From NCBI GenBank assembly GCA_963836075.1, contig CAWIIB010000009.1, forward strand, positions 1,536,001 through 1,600,000: 64,000 bases of DNA. The letters run 5' to 3'. The position numbers and the translations under genes are program-made. This DNA comes from an uncultured Acidobacteriota bacterium. GTDB lineage: Bacteria; Acidobacteriota; JAQAZP01. The notes under the pieces were generated by a model, which saw only the letters and a program-made list of their open reading frames with translations, did not search any database and was not told where the DNA came from. Positions 1-9,583 of this stretch are shown piece after piece. Each line of letters opens with the position of its first letter. Within the stretch, counting starts at the first letter, position 1.

Positions 1-213
1 ATGGGGCGGGTCCCAGTCCAGCACTTTCTCCCAGGGCTCGATCCAGTCCAGGTCGGCCGCCTGGTCGGCCCAGAAGGCTTCGAAATCGTCGCTGCCTGCA
101 AGGTAGGGGGATTCGTCCCTGACATGTGCCGCGTCGCGGAACCGGTCCGGGGGCGGAAAGAGCCGGTCTTCGTGCAGCAGTTCGCCAAACTGCTCGTTGT
201 TTTCTTCACTCAT
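1..213 (-). CDS. acs: Acetyl-CoA synthetase, N-terminal part (runs off the window)
   Basis: Not in the ORF track. Manual translation from ATG at 213 after a GGAGG RBS gives MSEENNEQFGELLHEDRLFPPP...FEAFWADQAADLDWIEPWEKVLDWDPPH, which matches the ACAS N-terminal pattern. Confidence 0.85.
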   Translation of the reverse strand, partial: MSEENNEQFGELLHEDRLFPPPDRFRDAAHVRDESPYLAGSDDFEAFWADQAADLDWIEPWEKVLDWDPPH

Positions 214-509
214 CTTGGCCTCCGCTGGTCAGGGATGGGGGTGCCCGAGAGGGGCTTTGCTAACGATTCCAACTTCTATTATGACGAATTGAGCAGGAAT
301 TCACAGTGGGAGAGTCCGGTTTCGGGCCCTGAATGCCTGGTTTTCCGCTTTCCGGGGGGCAGGCGGCCCTTCAGACCCTTGACCATTCTTCAGTTTTCTT
401 TACTCCGGCTTGACGCTGCTTAAGGGGCCCGGTGCGTCTAATGGGGTGAGTATGGCAAAGAGCGGGGCCGCAGTGGGCGTCCCCCCGCAACCAGTAAAGG
501 AGAAATGCC

Positions 510-1103
510 ATGAACGGATTGAAAAGCAGTGTTCTGATCGTTGCCCTGGCCGCCCTGATGATCGTGTGCGTCCCCGTCATCGCCGACGACAACGGGGATT
601 GCCCCCTGGGCCCGGGTGGCGGGCCGGGAATGATGGGGCACGGACCGGGCCAGATGGGGCCCCTGGGCCGCCTGGCCGATGAACTGGGGCTCACCGAGGA
701 GCAGAAGGAGGAGATCCGGGCCATCGTGGCCGAGGAAATGCCCGCCGCCAGGGAACGGATCGAGGCGCGGGTGGCCGGTGTGCTCACCACCGAGCAGGTG
801 AGCAAACTCGAGGATCTGAAGGCGGAACATCCGGCCATGACCCGGGGGGGCAAGGGCCGCGGCACGCGTGGCCCCGGCGGTCCGGGAGGCCCCGGTGCCC
901 GGCTGGAGAGGATGGCGGAGGCGCTGGATCTCACCGATGACCAGAAAACGGCCATTGGCGCTATTTTCGCCGAAGCCGGCGAGGAGAAGCGGGCCGAGGT
1001 CCAGCGGAAGATCAACAGCGTGCTGACTCCCGAGCAGCAGGAAAAATTGGAGGAGCTTCACGGGCAGCGCCAGGCTCGGAAAGCCGAACGGCGCAGCCGG
1101 TAA
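510..1103 (+). CDS. Spy/CpxP-family (LTXXQ) periplasmic protein
   Basis: Signal peptide, Gly/Met-rich segments and four LTxEQ/LTDDQ motifs; AAGGAG RBS. Confidence 0.8.
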   Translation: MNGLKSSVLIVALAALMIVCVPVIADDNGDCPLGPGGGPGMMGHGPGQMGPLGRLADELGLTEEQKEEIRAIVAEEMPAARERIEARVAGVLTTEQVSKLEDLKAEHPAMTRGGKGRGTRGPGGPGGPGARLERMAEALDLTDDQKTAIGAIFAEAGEEKRAEVQRKINSVLTPEQQEKLEELHGQRQARKAERRSR

Positions 1104-1127
1104 CAAAGAATGAGGTTTGGACGTTTC

Positions 1128-1160
1128 GGGCGGCGGCCGGTTGAGGCCGCCGCCCTTTTT
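1128..1160 (+). terminator. Intrinsic terminator
   Basis: GGGCGGCGGCC-ggttga-GGCCGCCGCCC followed by TTTTT. Confidence 0.8.
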
Positions 1161-1218
1161 GCATGATACCTGTACCCTCCGGCCATTCACGGTATAATGA
1201 AATCGGAGGTAGCAGAAT

Positions 1219-2967
1219 ATGAAACGCTGGAAAATGTGGATATCGACAATACTCCTGCTGGCCGTGGCAATTCCCGCCGGGGCGGGGCTGCCGGAGGACG
1301 ATCAGGAAGCGGACCGCTACGAGGAGAGCCTCGAGGTGCGGATCCGCGAGGTGGAGGTCTTTGTCACCGACAAGAAGGGCAACCCCATAAAGGGCCTGGG
1401 CAAGGACGATTTCAAACTCTTCGAGAACAAAATCCCCCTGGAGATCCTGAATTTTTACGCCATGGATGGCGGGCAACGGATCGACCCCGGGCCGGGCGAC
1501 CCGTCGCTGTTCGATGAGACTGCGGACGCGGCGCCCCGAGGCCCGGAGCGGCCGCCGATGAACCTGATCGTCTATGTCGACAACTACAACCTGCACCACT
1601 TTTCACGCAATCGCATCTTCGGAACGCTGAAGGACTTTCTCGCTGAGCATGTTCACGGCAACGACCGGGTGATGGTGGTCAGCTTCGACCGCGGGCTCAA
1701 TGTCCGCCAGCCGTTCACCACCGACATGGAGCTGGTGCGCCAGGCCCTGGAGGAGACGGAGCAGCTGAGCACCCAGATGAACTACCTTGACGACGAGCGG
1801 CGCGACCTGCTGGGCGAGATTGCCGGCTACGATCCCGGCTCCCCGTTTATCGAGTCCCTGGTGGGCCGGGTGGAGGCCTACGCCGATTTCGTCGAGCAGG
1901 ACACCAAATACACCCTCGGCGCCTTGAAGTACTTTGTCGGCGCCCTGGCCGGGATCAACGGGCGCAAGGCGCTGCTCTATGTCAGCGACGGCCTGCCCAT
2001 GGTGGCCGGCGAGGAGATGTTCTACGCCCTCGAGGAGAAGGTGGACAAGGCCGCCGCGGAGACCGGCAGCGGCACCGGGAGCCGGACCCAGGGGATGTAT
2101 CTCCGCTCCACCAGCCACGACGCCAGCAAGCTGTTCGACGATCTCACCGCTTTTGCCAGCGCCAACCGCGTCACCTTCTACACCGTGGACGCCGCCGGGT
2201 TGCGCGGCGGTGAAGGGAGCATCGACGTGGCCAACCGGGGCAGTGCCTTCACTTCCGGCATCGATTCCATCGCCCGGCAGAACCTCCAGGCTTCGCTGAA
2301 ATACATGGCCCAGCAGACCGGCGGCCTGGCCTTCACCAACACCAACAATTTCGACCGGGCGCTGGAACTGGTCTTCGCCGACATGGACAGCTACTACTCG
2401 CTGGGCTACAAGCCGATCTACAGTGCCGACAACCCCTACTTCAAGATCAAGGTCAAGACGAAGAAGCGGGGCCTCAAGACCCGGCACCGCACCATCTCCA
2501 TGCACAAGGGGCTGGGCGCCGAGATGGCCGAAGGGCTGCGGGCCACGCTGCTGTTCGGCCAGCCGGACAACGCGTTCGGGATAAAGATGGCCTTTGGCGA
2601 GCCGGAGATGAGGGGCAAGGACGACTACCTGGTGCCCACCATCGTCGCCGTGCCCATGGAAAGCCTCTTCTTCAACCCGGCCACCGGCTATCACGAGTGC
2701 CGGGTGAGCCTCTCCATCGCCGCCCGGGACGAACGGGGCTGGATGTCCACGGTGAGCGAGCCGCCGGTTCCGCCGCCGATCAAGGTGCCCGACGACAGCC
2801 TCGACGAGGCGCGTGCCGGCTTCTTCTTCTACAAGATGCTGCTGGGCATGAAGGGCGGGAGCCAGACCGTGGCGGTGGGTGTGCGGGACGACGCCACTGC
2901 TATCACCTCCTTCACCACCACCTCGGTGGAGCTGGGCACGGACTCGGAGGAGCAGCAGGAAGAGTAA
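1219..2967 (+). CDS. Secreted VWA-domain protein (Acidobacterial VWFA-related type)
   Basis: Signal peptide; VEVFVTDKKGNPIKGLGKDDFKLFEN N-terminus, GRKALLYVSDG and MAQQTGG...YYSLGY motifs; GGAGG RBS and TATAAT at 1193-1198. Confidence 0.8.
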   Translation: MKRWKMWISTILLLAVAIPAGAGLPEDDQEADRYEESLEVRIREVEVFVTDKKGNPIKGLGKDDFKLFENKIPLEILNFYAMDGGQRIDPGPGDPSLFDETADAAPRGPERPPMNLIVYVDNYNLHHFSRNRIFGTLKDFLAEHVHGNDRVMVVSFDRGLNVRQPFTTDMELVRQALEETEQLSTQMNYLDDERRDLLGEIAGYDPGSPFIESLVGRVEAYADFVEQDTKYTLGALKYFVGALAGINGRKALLYVSDGLPMVAGEEMFYALEEKVDKAAAETGSGTGSRTQGMYLRSTSHDASKLFDDLTAFASANRVTFYTVDAAGLRGGEGSIDVANRGSAFTSGIDSIARQNLQASLKYMAQQTGGLAFTNTNNFDRALELVFADMDSYYSLGYKPIYSADNPYFKIKVKTKKRGLKTRHRTISMHKGLGAEMAEGLRATLLFGQPDNAFGIKMAFGEPEMRGKDDYLVPTIVAVPMESLFFNPATGYHECRVSLSIAARDERGWMSTVSEPPVPPPIKVPDDSLDEARAGFFFYKMLLGMKGGSQTVAVGVRDDATAITSFTTTSVELGTDSEEQQEE

Positions 2968-2973
2968 TTACAG

Positions 2974-3050
2974 AATCGGGGACGTACATGAATATATGAA
3001 TATTTGCCTGCTCTAGGCAAATATTCATATATTCATGTACGTCCCCGATT
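2974..3050. repeat. Perfect 36-bp inverted repeat with a 5-nt loop (REP/MITE-like)
   Basis: AATCGGGGACGTACATGAATATATGAATATTTGCCT-gctct-exact reverse complement, lying between convergent genes. Confidence 0.95.
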
Positions 3051-3056
3051 GCTTTT

Positions 3057-4307
3057 CTACTGCTGCTGGTGTCCGAACTCCGGGTCGCCGGGTGGCGACA
3101 GGATGTGGCAGAGGTTGCAGTCGAACAGCGAGCCGGCGCGCCCCTGCAGGGCCATCACGTTGTCGTTGTCCGCTTTCTCGCGCGAGGGCCAGATGGCGTG
3201 CATGCTGTTGTGGCAGCCACCGCACATCAGGCCGAAGTGCCCCCCGGTGAAGAAGCAGTCGCAGTCGGCCTGCGGCCCCTCTTCGTGGGGCGGGGGATGA
3301 CAGGCGTCGCAGTCCGGCTGGTCCACCCAGGGCTCCCGGCCCTCGTCGATGGAGGAGGCCACGTCCGAAATCCAGCCGTGGCAGTGCTGGCAGAGGATTC
3401 CCTCCTGGTGGCCCATGATCCCGCGGTTGAACTGTGCCTCCGGTCCGGGGTGGCAGGTGTAGCACGAGTCGAGGTGCGAATACTCCTGGTCGATGAATTT
3501 GTGCGAGTTGTGGATCACGTAGGAGAGCGACCCGGCGTCTTCTTCGCCGCCGAGGCCGGTCAACTGCTGGGCGTGGCACGAGGCACAGAGCATCGGCCGC
3601 TGGTCCGGGTCGTAGCCGCCGCCGGGCGGGTGCGACTGAACGATCTCCTCCTCGCTGGGGTGGCAGTGGGCGGTGGTACAGTTCACTTCCACCGACGCCG
3701 GCAGGGTGGGGGTGGAAGTGGCCAGCACGCGGCCGTCCAGGTCTTTCAGCACCACCAGGGCTTTCTGATAAGGCTGTTCCTCTGTGGGTGTCAGGTCGGG
3801 GAACGGCGTCAGGGGGATACCGGCGGCTTCAAAATACCGGCCAGGCTGCGGGTCAAAGGTGCCGCTGAGCCCCTTGCCGGTGAGCCCGGTGTCCGGCGGC
3901 AGGGGTGAGCCGTAAAGGGCTTCGGCCTGGTCCCAGAAATCGGTTTTACCGGCGGACCAGGTGTTGCCGGGTATGGAGTACTCAAGCACCAGGTCCTTGG
4001 TTTCGATCCGTGGCCAACTGGCGGCGACGCCGGGCATCCCGCTCTTGGACGAATCGTCGGTATTGCTGCGGTGGACCACCTGGGCGTGCAGAGTGCTGTG
4101 GGGCGGCATCAGCGACATCACCTCATGATCCCGGTTCATGAAGTGCATCCCGCGGTCGCTCCAGGCCAGCAGGACATAGTCGCCCGGGGCCGGGTCTGGG
4201 GGGGGTACGATGTCGCTCTCCCTGCTGGAGCCGGTCTGTCCCGCAAGAACCAGCAAGAGCAGGAACAGCAGGGCGGCAGCGGCTATTTTACCGATGGATG
4301 AACGCAC
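3057..4307 (-). CDS. Secreted multiheme cytochrome c
   Basis: Probable GTG start at 4307 with a signal peptide; six CxxCH motifs (CASCH, CYTCH, CQHCH, CDACH, CGGCH, CNLCH) plus CTTAHCH. Confidence 0.85.
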   Translation of the reverse strand: MRSSIGKIAAAALLFLLLLVLAGQTGSSRESDIVPPPDPAPGDYVLLAWSDRGMHFMNRDHEVMSLMPPHSTLHAQVVHRSNTDDSSKSGMPGVAASWPRIETKDLVLEYSIPGNTWSAGKTDFWDQAEALYGSPLPPDTGLTGKGLSGTFDPQPGRYFEAAGIPLTPFPDLTPTEEQPYQKALVVLKDLDGRVLATSTPTLPASVEVNCTTAHCHPSEEEIVQSHPPGGGYDPDQRPMLCASCHAQQLTGLGGEEDAGSLSYVIHNSHKFIDQEYSHLDSCYTCHPGPEAQFNRGIMGHQEGILCQHCHGWISDVASSIDEGREPWVDQPDCDACHPPPHEEGPQADCDCFFTGGHFGLMCGGCHNSMHAIWPSREKADNDNVMALQGRAGSLFDCNLCHILSPPGDPEFGHQQQ

Positions 4308-4374
4308 GAGTTTCCTTCCAGAGCACACTAAACCATAGTAATTCCTATAATGTATAGTATTTAAGTGGGGAACG

Positions 4375-5679
4375 TCAAGCCGGGGCGGGTCGGAGGGTGC
4401 CGGTGCGCATGCCCGTGAGGCTGCTGCCCAGGCGGCGTACAAAGGGCCCGTCCGTCCAGTAGTAGAAGTTGCGCATGAAGCAGCCCTTGCCCTGGCCCAC
4501 CGAGCAGAGCCGGGAAATGTGGGTGTCGGTCTCCGGATCGTGTTGCCAGCGCTCGCCCTCCGCGGCAATGCGGCGCATCTGAACCCGGACCTGCTGAAAG
4601 GAGTCACCGCGCCAGATTTCGGCCAATGAGCGGTTGTTCAGGTTGCCCAGCTCGTTGGCCTGGATCACGCAGCAGACCGGAACCGCGCCGCTGGCCTTGA
4701 CCACCAGTGAATACCAGGGCATGAGGCAGGAGTCGCCGTGGGCCCCCAGGCGCACGGTTGCCCGCTGTCTCCGCCTGAACCGCCAGTGGTGCCGCCACTT
4801 TTCACGCAGGGTGCAGTCTTCGCGAAGGGTCAGATCAATGAGCCGTTTCCAGTGCGGCACCCGGTCCCGCTCGACTCCGATCCGGGCGTTGATCCGGCCC
4901 ACCCCGTCCGAGAGATCCTGTTCCATGCTGTAGATACAGTCGATACGGCGGTATTCGTCCACCCGCACCAAATCCTCATAGAGGCCCATCATCTCCTCGG
5001 TCTCGCCGGGCGTCATCCGCTGTTCCGGCTTGAGAAAGGAGAGGCCGCTGAAGATGATCCGGTCGACACCCAGGGATACCGCCCGCTGATACATCCCGGG
5101 GAGCGTTCGGAAGTTTTCCTTCCAGACCGGGAAATGGACCAGGATCCGCGGTTTTCGCGAGCCCCGGCGGCGGGCCGCCACCAGGGCGCTGACGTTTTCC
5201 AGCAGCTTGCCATAGATCCGGCGCGGCATGCCCATCATCCGCGAGTAGTGTTCCTCGTCGGCCGCATTGACGCTGATCACCACCTGGTCGCAGCTGCCCC
5301 GCGCCAGCAGGCGGATGATCTCCGGGGTGAGGAGCACGCCGTTGGTGGTCAGGTTGGCGATGGGCAGGCCGGCCTGGTGGAGCATCGCCAGCAGGCGCGG
5401 CGCCTCGGAGTGGAAGAGCGGCTCCCCGCCGCCGTTGAGGCCCACCGAGCGGGTGCTTAGCTCTTTCATTTCCCTGATCAGTCGGTCCAGCCGGGGGAGG
5501 GGGATCTCGTCGGCCTGGCGGATATTCTGGGTGGCGCAGAAAAAACAGTTGATGTTGCAGCGGTTTGTGGGATGCAGCTCAACATGGTACGGACCGCCGC
5601 GGACGCTGCCGTTCTCCAGCCCGGCGAGAATCGCCCGCTTGTCCTCTCTCGTCAGGTGGTGCCAGCCCAGACCGCTCAT
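4375..5679 (-). CDS. Radical SAM protein with SPASM/Twitch domain
   Basis: CNINCFFC motif, GGGEPL, C-terminal CLMPW...VPVCC...LGNL...IWRG; ATG at 5679 after GGAGG. Confidence 0.9.
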   Translation of the reverse strand: MSGLGWHHLTREDKRAILAGLENGSVRGGPYHVELHPTNRCNINCFFCATQNIRQADEIPLPRLDRLIREMKELSTRSVGLNGGGEPLFHSEAPRLLAMLHQAGLPIANLTTNGVLLTPEIIRLLARGSCDQVVISVNAADEEHYSRMMGMPRRIYGKLLENVSALVAARRRGSRKPRILVHFPVWKENFRTLPGMYQRAVSLGVDRIIFSGLSFLKPEQRMTPGETEEMMGLYEDLVRVDEYRRIDCIYSMEQDLSDGVGRINARIGVERDRVPHWKRLIDLTLREDCTLREKWRHHWRFRRRQRATVRLGAHGDSCLMPWYSLVVKASGAVPVCCVIQANELGNLNNRSLAEIWRGDSFQQVRVQMRRIAAEGERWQHDPETDTHISRLCSVGQGKGCFMRNFYYWTDGPFVRRLGSSLTGMRTGTLRPAPA

Positions 5680-5801
5680 CGAAACCTCCGTTCGTGCCCG
5701 ATGACATTGTCCATGAAAACCGGGTCTGCCGTGGAGGCTGCTGCCGCCATATGATACACTCAACCGGAACTCACCTTTTCAGGCCGATCCGGAGCACAGC
5801 A

Positions 5802-8120
5802 ATGACGGGGCAGAGCGGAATCAGGCATCGGTGGACTTTTTTCACGCCGGTTCTCGGTGCTTTTTTGATGCTGGCCCTGCTCCTCGCCGGCGGCTGCCGT
5901 CAGCCCTCCCTCGAGGACACGGTCCGGCATCTCGATTTGAGCGAACAGCTCAGCCGGGCCGAGGCCTGGGGGCCGGTTGAATTGCTGGACCTGGGGACCG
6001 GAGAGCACAAACTGAACCTGCTGGACGGGCTCTATTTCGCCGAGCGGGAGCCCGACGGCCGGACCTTTGCCTGGTCCTGGGGGGACGAGACCAGTTTTCT
6101 GCTCACCTGCCCGTCCCCCCGCCCGCGTACCCTGGCCATCTGCTGCCGGCGTCTGGGAGTGGAGCAACTGGACGACCTGCAGGTTGAGGTCTCGCTCAAC
6201 GGCAATTCCCTGGGCATTTTTACCCCGGGGACGGAATACGCGGACCACCGGTTGGAGGCGCCGGCCGGGGCCTGGCTGGATGGGGACAATATCCTGGTCC
6301 TGCACTATTCGGAGGACGTCTACCTGCCGGACGTGATTCCGGGGAACACCGACACCCGCCGGGTGGCGGTGCAGATGGATGCGATCCGGATCATTGCCGG
6401 CCTTAATGCGGGCGATGACGCGAAACCGGTGCTCGCCGGGGAGGGGCGGGTGGGCCTACCTGTCCCCGCGGATGTCTCCTGGCACTTTCAGGTTCCCCTG
6501 GGGGGGCTGCTGGTTTTTGGCAGTGAATCCGGAGACCCGGCTGAGCTGCGGGTGAGTGTGGCCACCGATGATGCTCCTCCAATTGAGATTTACCGCCGCC
6601 GCATTCCTGCCGGCGGGCAGAGTGATCAGGTCACCCTGGACCTGGCACACTGGTCAGGGCGCTTCGTTCGCCTCACCTGCTCGGTGGACCTTGCGGACGG
6701 GGCCGCCGCTGACACCGGACAGACCGTTCACCTGTTGCAGCCCGAGATCCGGGCCCCGGCGCCGCCGCCAGCTCCTCCGCTGCCGGCCGCCCCTGCCGGG
6801 CCGCCGCCGGACGTGCTGGTCTACGTGATGGACGCCCTGCGGGCGGGCCACCTCTCGGCCTACGGCCACCCCCGGCGCACCAGCCCGGTGCTCGACCGCC
6901 TCTCCCGCCAAGGCCAGCTCTTCAGCAGCGCGTTCTCCCAGGCGCCGAACACCGCTCCGTCGGTGAAATCGCTGTTCACCGGACGGTTCCTCCCCTTCAC
7001 CGGGTATGCCGTCCTTTCCCCGGACCACCCGACCATGGCCGAGGTCTTTTCCAGGTCCGGCTACTCCACCGGTCTTTTTTCCAATAACCCGTACATGGGG
7101 CCGGAGCTGGGGTTTTACCGCGGCTTCGATCACGTGGCCGAGGAGATCCTCTTCCGCCGCCAGCCGGTGAAGGACTTTGCCGGCCAGGCCACCGACGCCT
7201 TCATTAACTGGGCCGCGGAGCTCCCCGCCGGCCGGCCGTTCTTCGCTTACGTCCACACCATTCACCCGCACAACCCCTACCAGGCGCCGGCGCCCTTCGA
7301 CGGGGCTTTTCAACCCGCCGGGGAGGGGCCGGAGGAGGACCTCTCCACCGAGGCCCTCCTGGAATACGTCTACGGCCAGCGGGCGCTGGGGGACGGTACG
7401 CTGCAGCGGATGCGCGACCACTACGACGGCGACATCCTGTACAACGACCTGGAGCTGGGGCGTCTGCTGGCCTGGCTTGGCAACGCCGGCCGGGACCGGG
7501 AGACAGTGATCTTCATCACTGCCGACCACGGGGAGGAACTGGCCGACCACGGCGGGCTGCTTCACGGTTTCACGCTCTACGACGAGCAGATCCACGTGCC
7601 GCTGATCCTGGTCCCGCCGGCTGGAAGAGCGGCGGCCGGGGCGCCGGGCACGGTGATCACCCACAACGTGCGCCTGGTGGACCTGGCCCCCACGCTGTTC
7701 GAGATGAGCGGGGTCACCGAACCTCCGCCCACCGAGGGGGACCCGCTCACCGGATTCACCGGCCACCGCACGGTCTTTTCCTCGGCTTCTTCGGCCGCCG
7801 GGATCTACACCGTGCGCACCGGCCGCTGGAAATATGTCTTTGCCCCGCGAACCAGGCACCTCTGGGGCATGGGGGAGGGCCTGGGGCGGACACGGAAGCT
7901 GCACTACCTCTTTGACCTGCAGGCCGACCCGGGTGAGCGGCAGAACCTCGCCAGCCGGATGCAGGTGACCAGAAAGGCGCTCCAGGCCCGTCTGCTGGAG
8001 TGGATCCACCGCCAGTCCCTGCTGGACAATGCAGCGGGGGACGAGGAGCGGGGGCGGATGCCGGATTTTGACGAGGAGACCAGGCAACGGCTCCTCGATC
8101 TCGGATACATTGCTGAATAA
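5802..8120 (+). CDS. Sulfatase-like lipoprotein with N-terminal extension
   Basis: Lipobox LAGGC; VMDALRA, SQAPNTAPSVKSLFTG, HPHNPY, YDGDI, ADHGEE and HVPLI motifs. The start codon is inferred. Confidence 0.85.
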   Translation: MTGQSGIRHRWTFFTPVLGAFLMLALLLAGGCRQPSLEDTVRHLDLSEQLSRAEAWGPVELLDLGTGEHKLNLLDGLYFAEREPDGRTFAWSWGDETSFLLTCPSPRPRTLAICCRRLGVEQLDDLQVEVSLNGNSLGIFTPGTEYADHRLEAPAGAWLDGDNILVLHYSEDVYLPDVIPGNTDTRRVAVQMDAIRIIAGLNAGDDAKPVLAGEGRVGLPVPADVSWHFQVPLGGLLVFGSESGDPAELRVSVATDDAPPIEIYRRRIPAGGQSDQVTLDLAHWSGRFVRLTCSVDLADGAAADTGQTVHLLQPEIRAPAPPPAPPLPAAPAGPPPDVLVYVMDALRAGHLSAYGHPRRTSPVLDRLSRQGQLFSSAFSQAPNTAPSVKSLFTGRFLPFTGYAVLSPDHPTMAEVFSRSGYSTGLFSNNPYMGPELGFYRGFDHVAEEILFRRQPVKDFAGQATDAFINWAAELPAGRPFFAYVHTIHPHNPYQAPAPFDGAFQPAGEGPEEDLSTEALLEYVYGQRALGDGTLQRMRDHYDGDILYNDLELGRLLAWLGNAGRDRETVIFITADHGEELADHGGLLHGFTLYDEQIHVPLILVPPAGRAAAGAPGTVITHNVRLVDLAPTLFEMSGVTEPPPTEGDPLTGFTGHRTVFSSASSAAGIYTVRTGRWKYVFAPRTRHLWGMGEGLGRTRKLHYLFDLQADPGERQNLASRMQVTRKALQARLLEWIHRQSLLDNAAGDEERGRMPDFDEETRQRLLDLGYIAE

Positions 8121-8177
8121 AATGGGCGTTATCTGAACCGGCCGGCCTGCTGCCGGCACACTCATTGGAGGGGGATC

Positions 8178-9578
8178 ATGGGCGGATTTTTTGGTGTTGT
8201 TTCCCGGGACGACTGCGTGGAAGATCTCTTCTACGGCACCGACTACCATTCACATCTCGGAACCCAGCGGGGGGGCCTTGCCGTCTGGTCCGACTCCGGC
8301 ATCCAGCGAAAAATCCACAACATCACCAATGCCCAGTTCCGCAGCAAGTTCGACGACCATATCGTCACCATGAAGGGCCGCCAGGGCATCGGCGTGATCA
8401 GCGACTACGAGTCCCAGCCGCTGATCATCCGTTCCCACCTCGGTCTGTACACGCTGGTCACCGTGGGGGTGTTGAGCAATCTCGAGGACCTGGCCGCCGA
8501 ATCCTTTGCCGACAAGTCCACACACTTCTCCGAGATCAGCGGGTCCGAACCGAACCCCACCGAGGTGGTGGCCGCGCTGATCAACCAGGGGACCAGCTTC
8601 GTGGACGGGATCCGCATCGCCCAGGAGCGGATCGAAGGCTCCTGTTCGATGCTGCTGCTGCGCGGGAACCGGCTCTACGCCGCTCGCGACCGGCTGGGCC
8701 GCACCCCGGTGATCATCGGCCAGAAGCCGGGGGCCATCGCCGCGACCCTGGAAACCTGCGCCTTCCCCAGCCTGGGGTACGAGACGGTGCACGAACTGGG
8801 CCCGGGTGAGATCGTCTGCATCGAGGGTGAGGGCTGGCAGACCGTCCAGCCGCCGGGGGACCGGCTGCAGATCTGCGCCTTCCTCTGGATCTACTACGGC
8901 TACCCGGCCTCGCGCTACGAAACGATCAACGTGGAGGCCTCCCGCAACCGCTGCGGTGAAGCGCTGGCTGCCCGTGAGGAGATGGAGATCGACATTGTGG
9001 CCGGGATCCCCGACTCGGGCACGGCGCACGGCCTGGGATACGCCAGCGCCGCCGGCATCCCCTACCGCCGGCCCTTCGTCAAGTACACCCCCACCTGGCC
9101 CCGCAGTTTCATGCCCCAGAACCAGTCGGTGCGCGACCTGGTGGCGCGGATGAAGCTGATCCCGGTGCGCGACTACATCACCGGCAAGCGGCTGCTCTTC
9201 TGCGAGGACTCCATCGTGCGGGGGACCCAGCTCAAGGACACCATTTCCCGGCTTTTTGATTACGGGGCCAAGGAGGTGCACATGCGGCCGGCCTGCCCGG
9301 CGCTGATGTTCGGTTGCAAATTCCTCAACTTCTCCCGCTCCAAGTCGGAGCTCGACCTGGCGGCCCGCCGGGCGGTGCGTGAACTTGAGGGGACTGACCC
9401 CGAGGATCTCTCGGCCTATGTCGATCCCGATACGGACAAGCACCACGCCATGATCGAGCGGATTGGTCAGCGCCTGGGGCTCACCTCTCTCCGCTACCAG
9501 CGGCTGGAGGACATGGTGGCTGCCATCGGGATGCCCAAGGAGAAACTCTGCACCTACTGCTGGGACAAGGCCGAGTAA
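8178..9578 (+). CDS. purF: Amidophosphoribosyltransferase (MGGFFG type)
   Basis: ARDRLGRTP, GIPDSG, PRPP motif EDSIVRGT and Fe-S cysteines including CTYCW. Confidence 0.9.
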   Translation: MGGFFGVVSRDDCVEDLFYGTDYHSHLGTQRGGLAVWSDSGIQRKIHNITNAQFRSKFDDHIVTMKGRQGIGVISDYESQPLIIRSHLGLYTLVTVGVLSNLEDLAAESFADKSTHFSEISGSEPNPTEVVAALINQGTSFVDGIRIAQERIEGSCSMLLLRGNRLYAARDRLGRTPVIIGQKPGAIAATLETCAFPSLGYETVHELGPGEIVCIEGEGWQTVQPPGDRLQICAFLWIYYGYPASRYETINVEASRNRCGEALAAREEMEIDIVAGIPDSGTAHGLGYASAAGIPYRRPFVKYTPTWPRSFMPQNQSVRDLVARMKLIPVRDYITGKRLLFCEDSIVRGTQLKDTISRLFDYGAKEVHMRPACPALMFGCKFLNFSRSKSELDLAARRAVRELEGTDPEDLSAYVDPDTDKHHAMIERIGQRLGLTSLRYQRLEDMVAAIGMPKEKLCTYCWDKAE

Positions 9579-9583
9579 ACCGG

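Noticed and set aside
411-500. Possible cobalamin riboswitch (AAGGGG..CCGGTG...CCCCCGCAAC)
   Set aside because: It lacks the GGGAA and AAxCCG pairing and the B12 box, and the downstream gene is Spy-like rather than B12-related.
2974-3050. CRISPR repeat (36-bp unit)
   Set aside because: There are only two copies, inverted, with no spacers and no cas genes.
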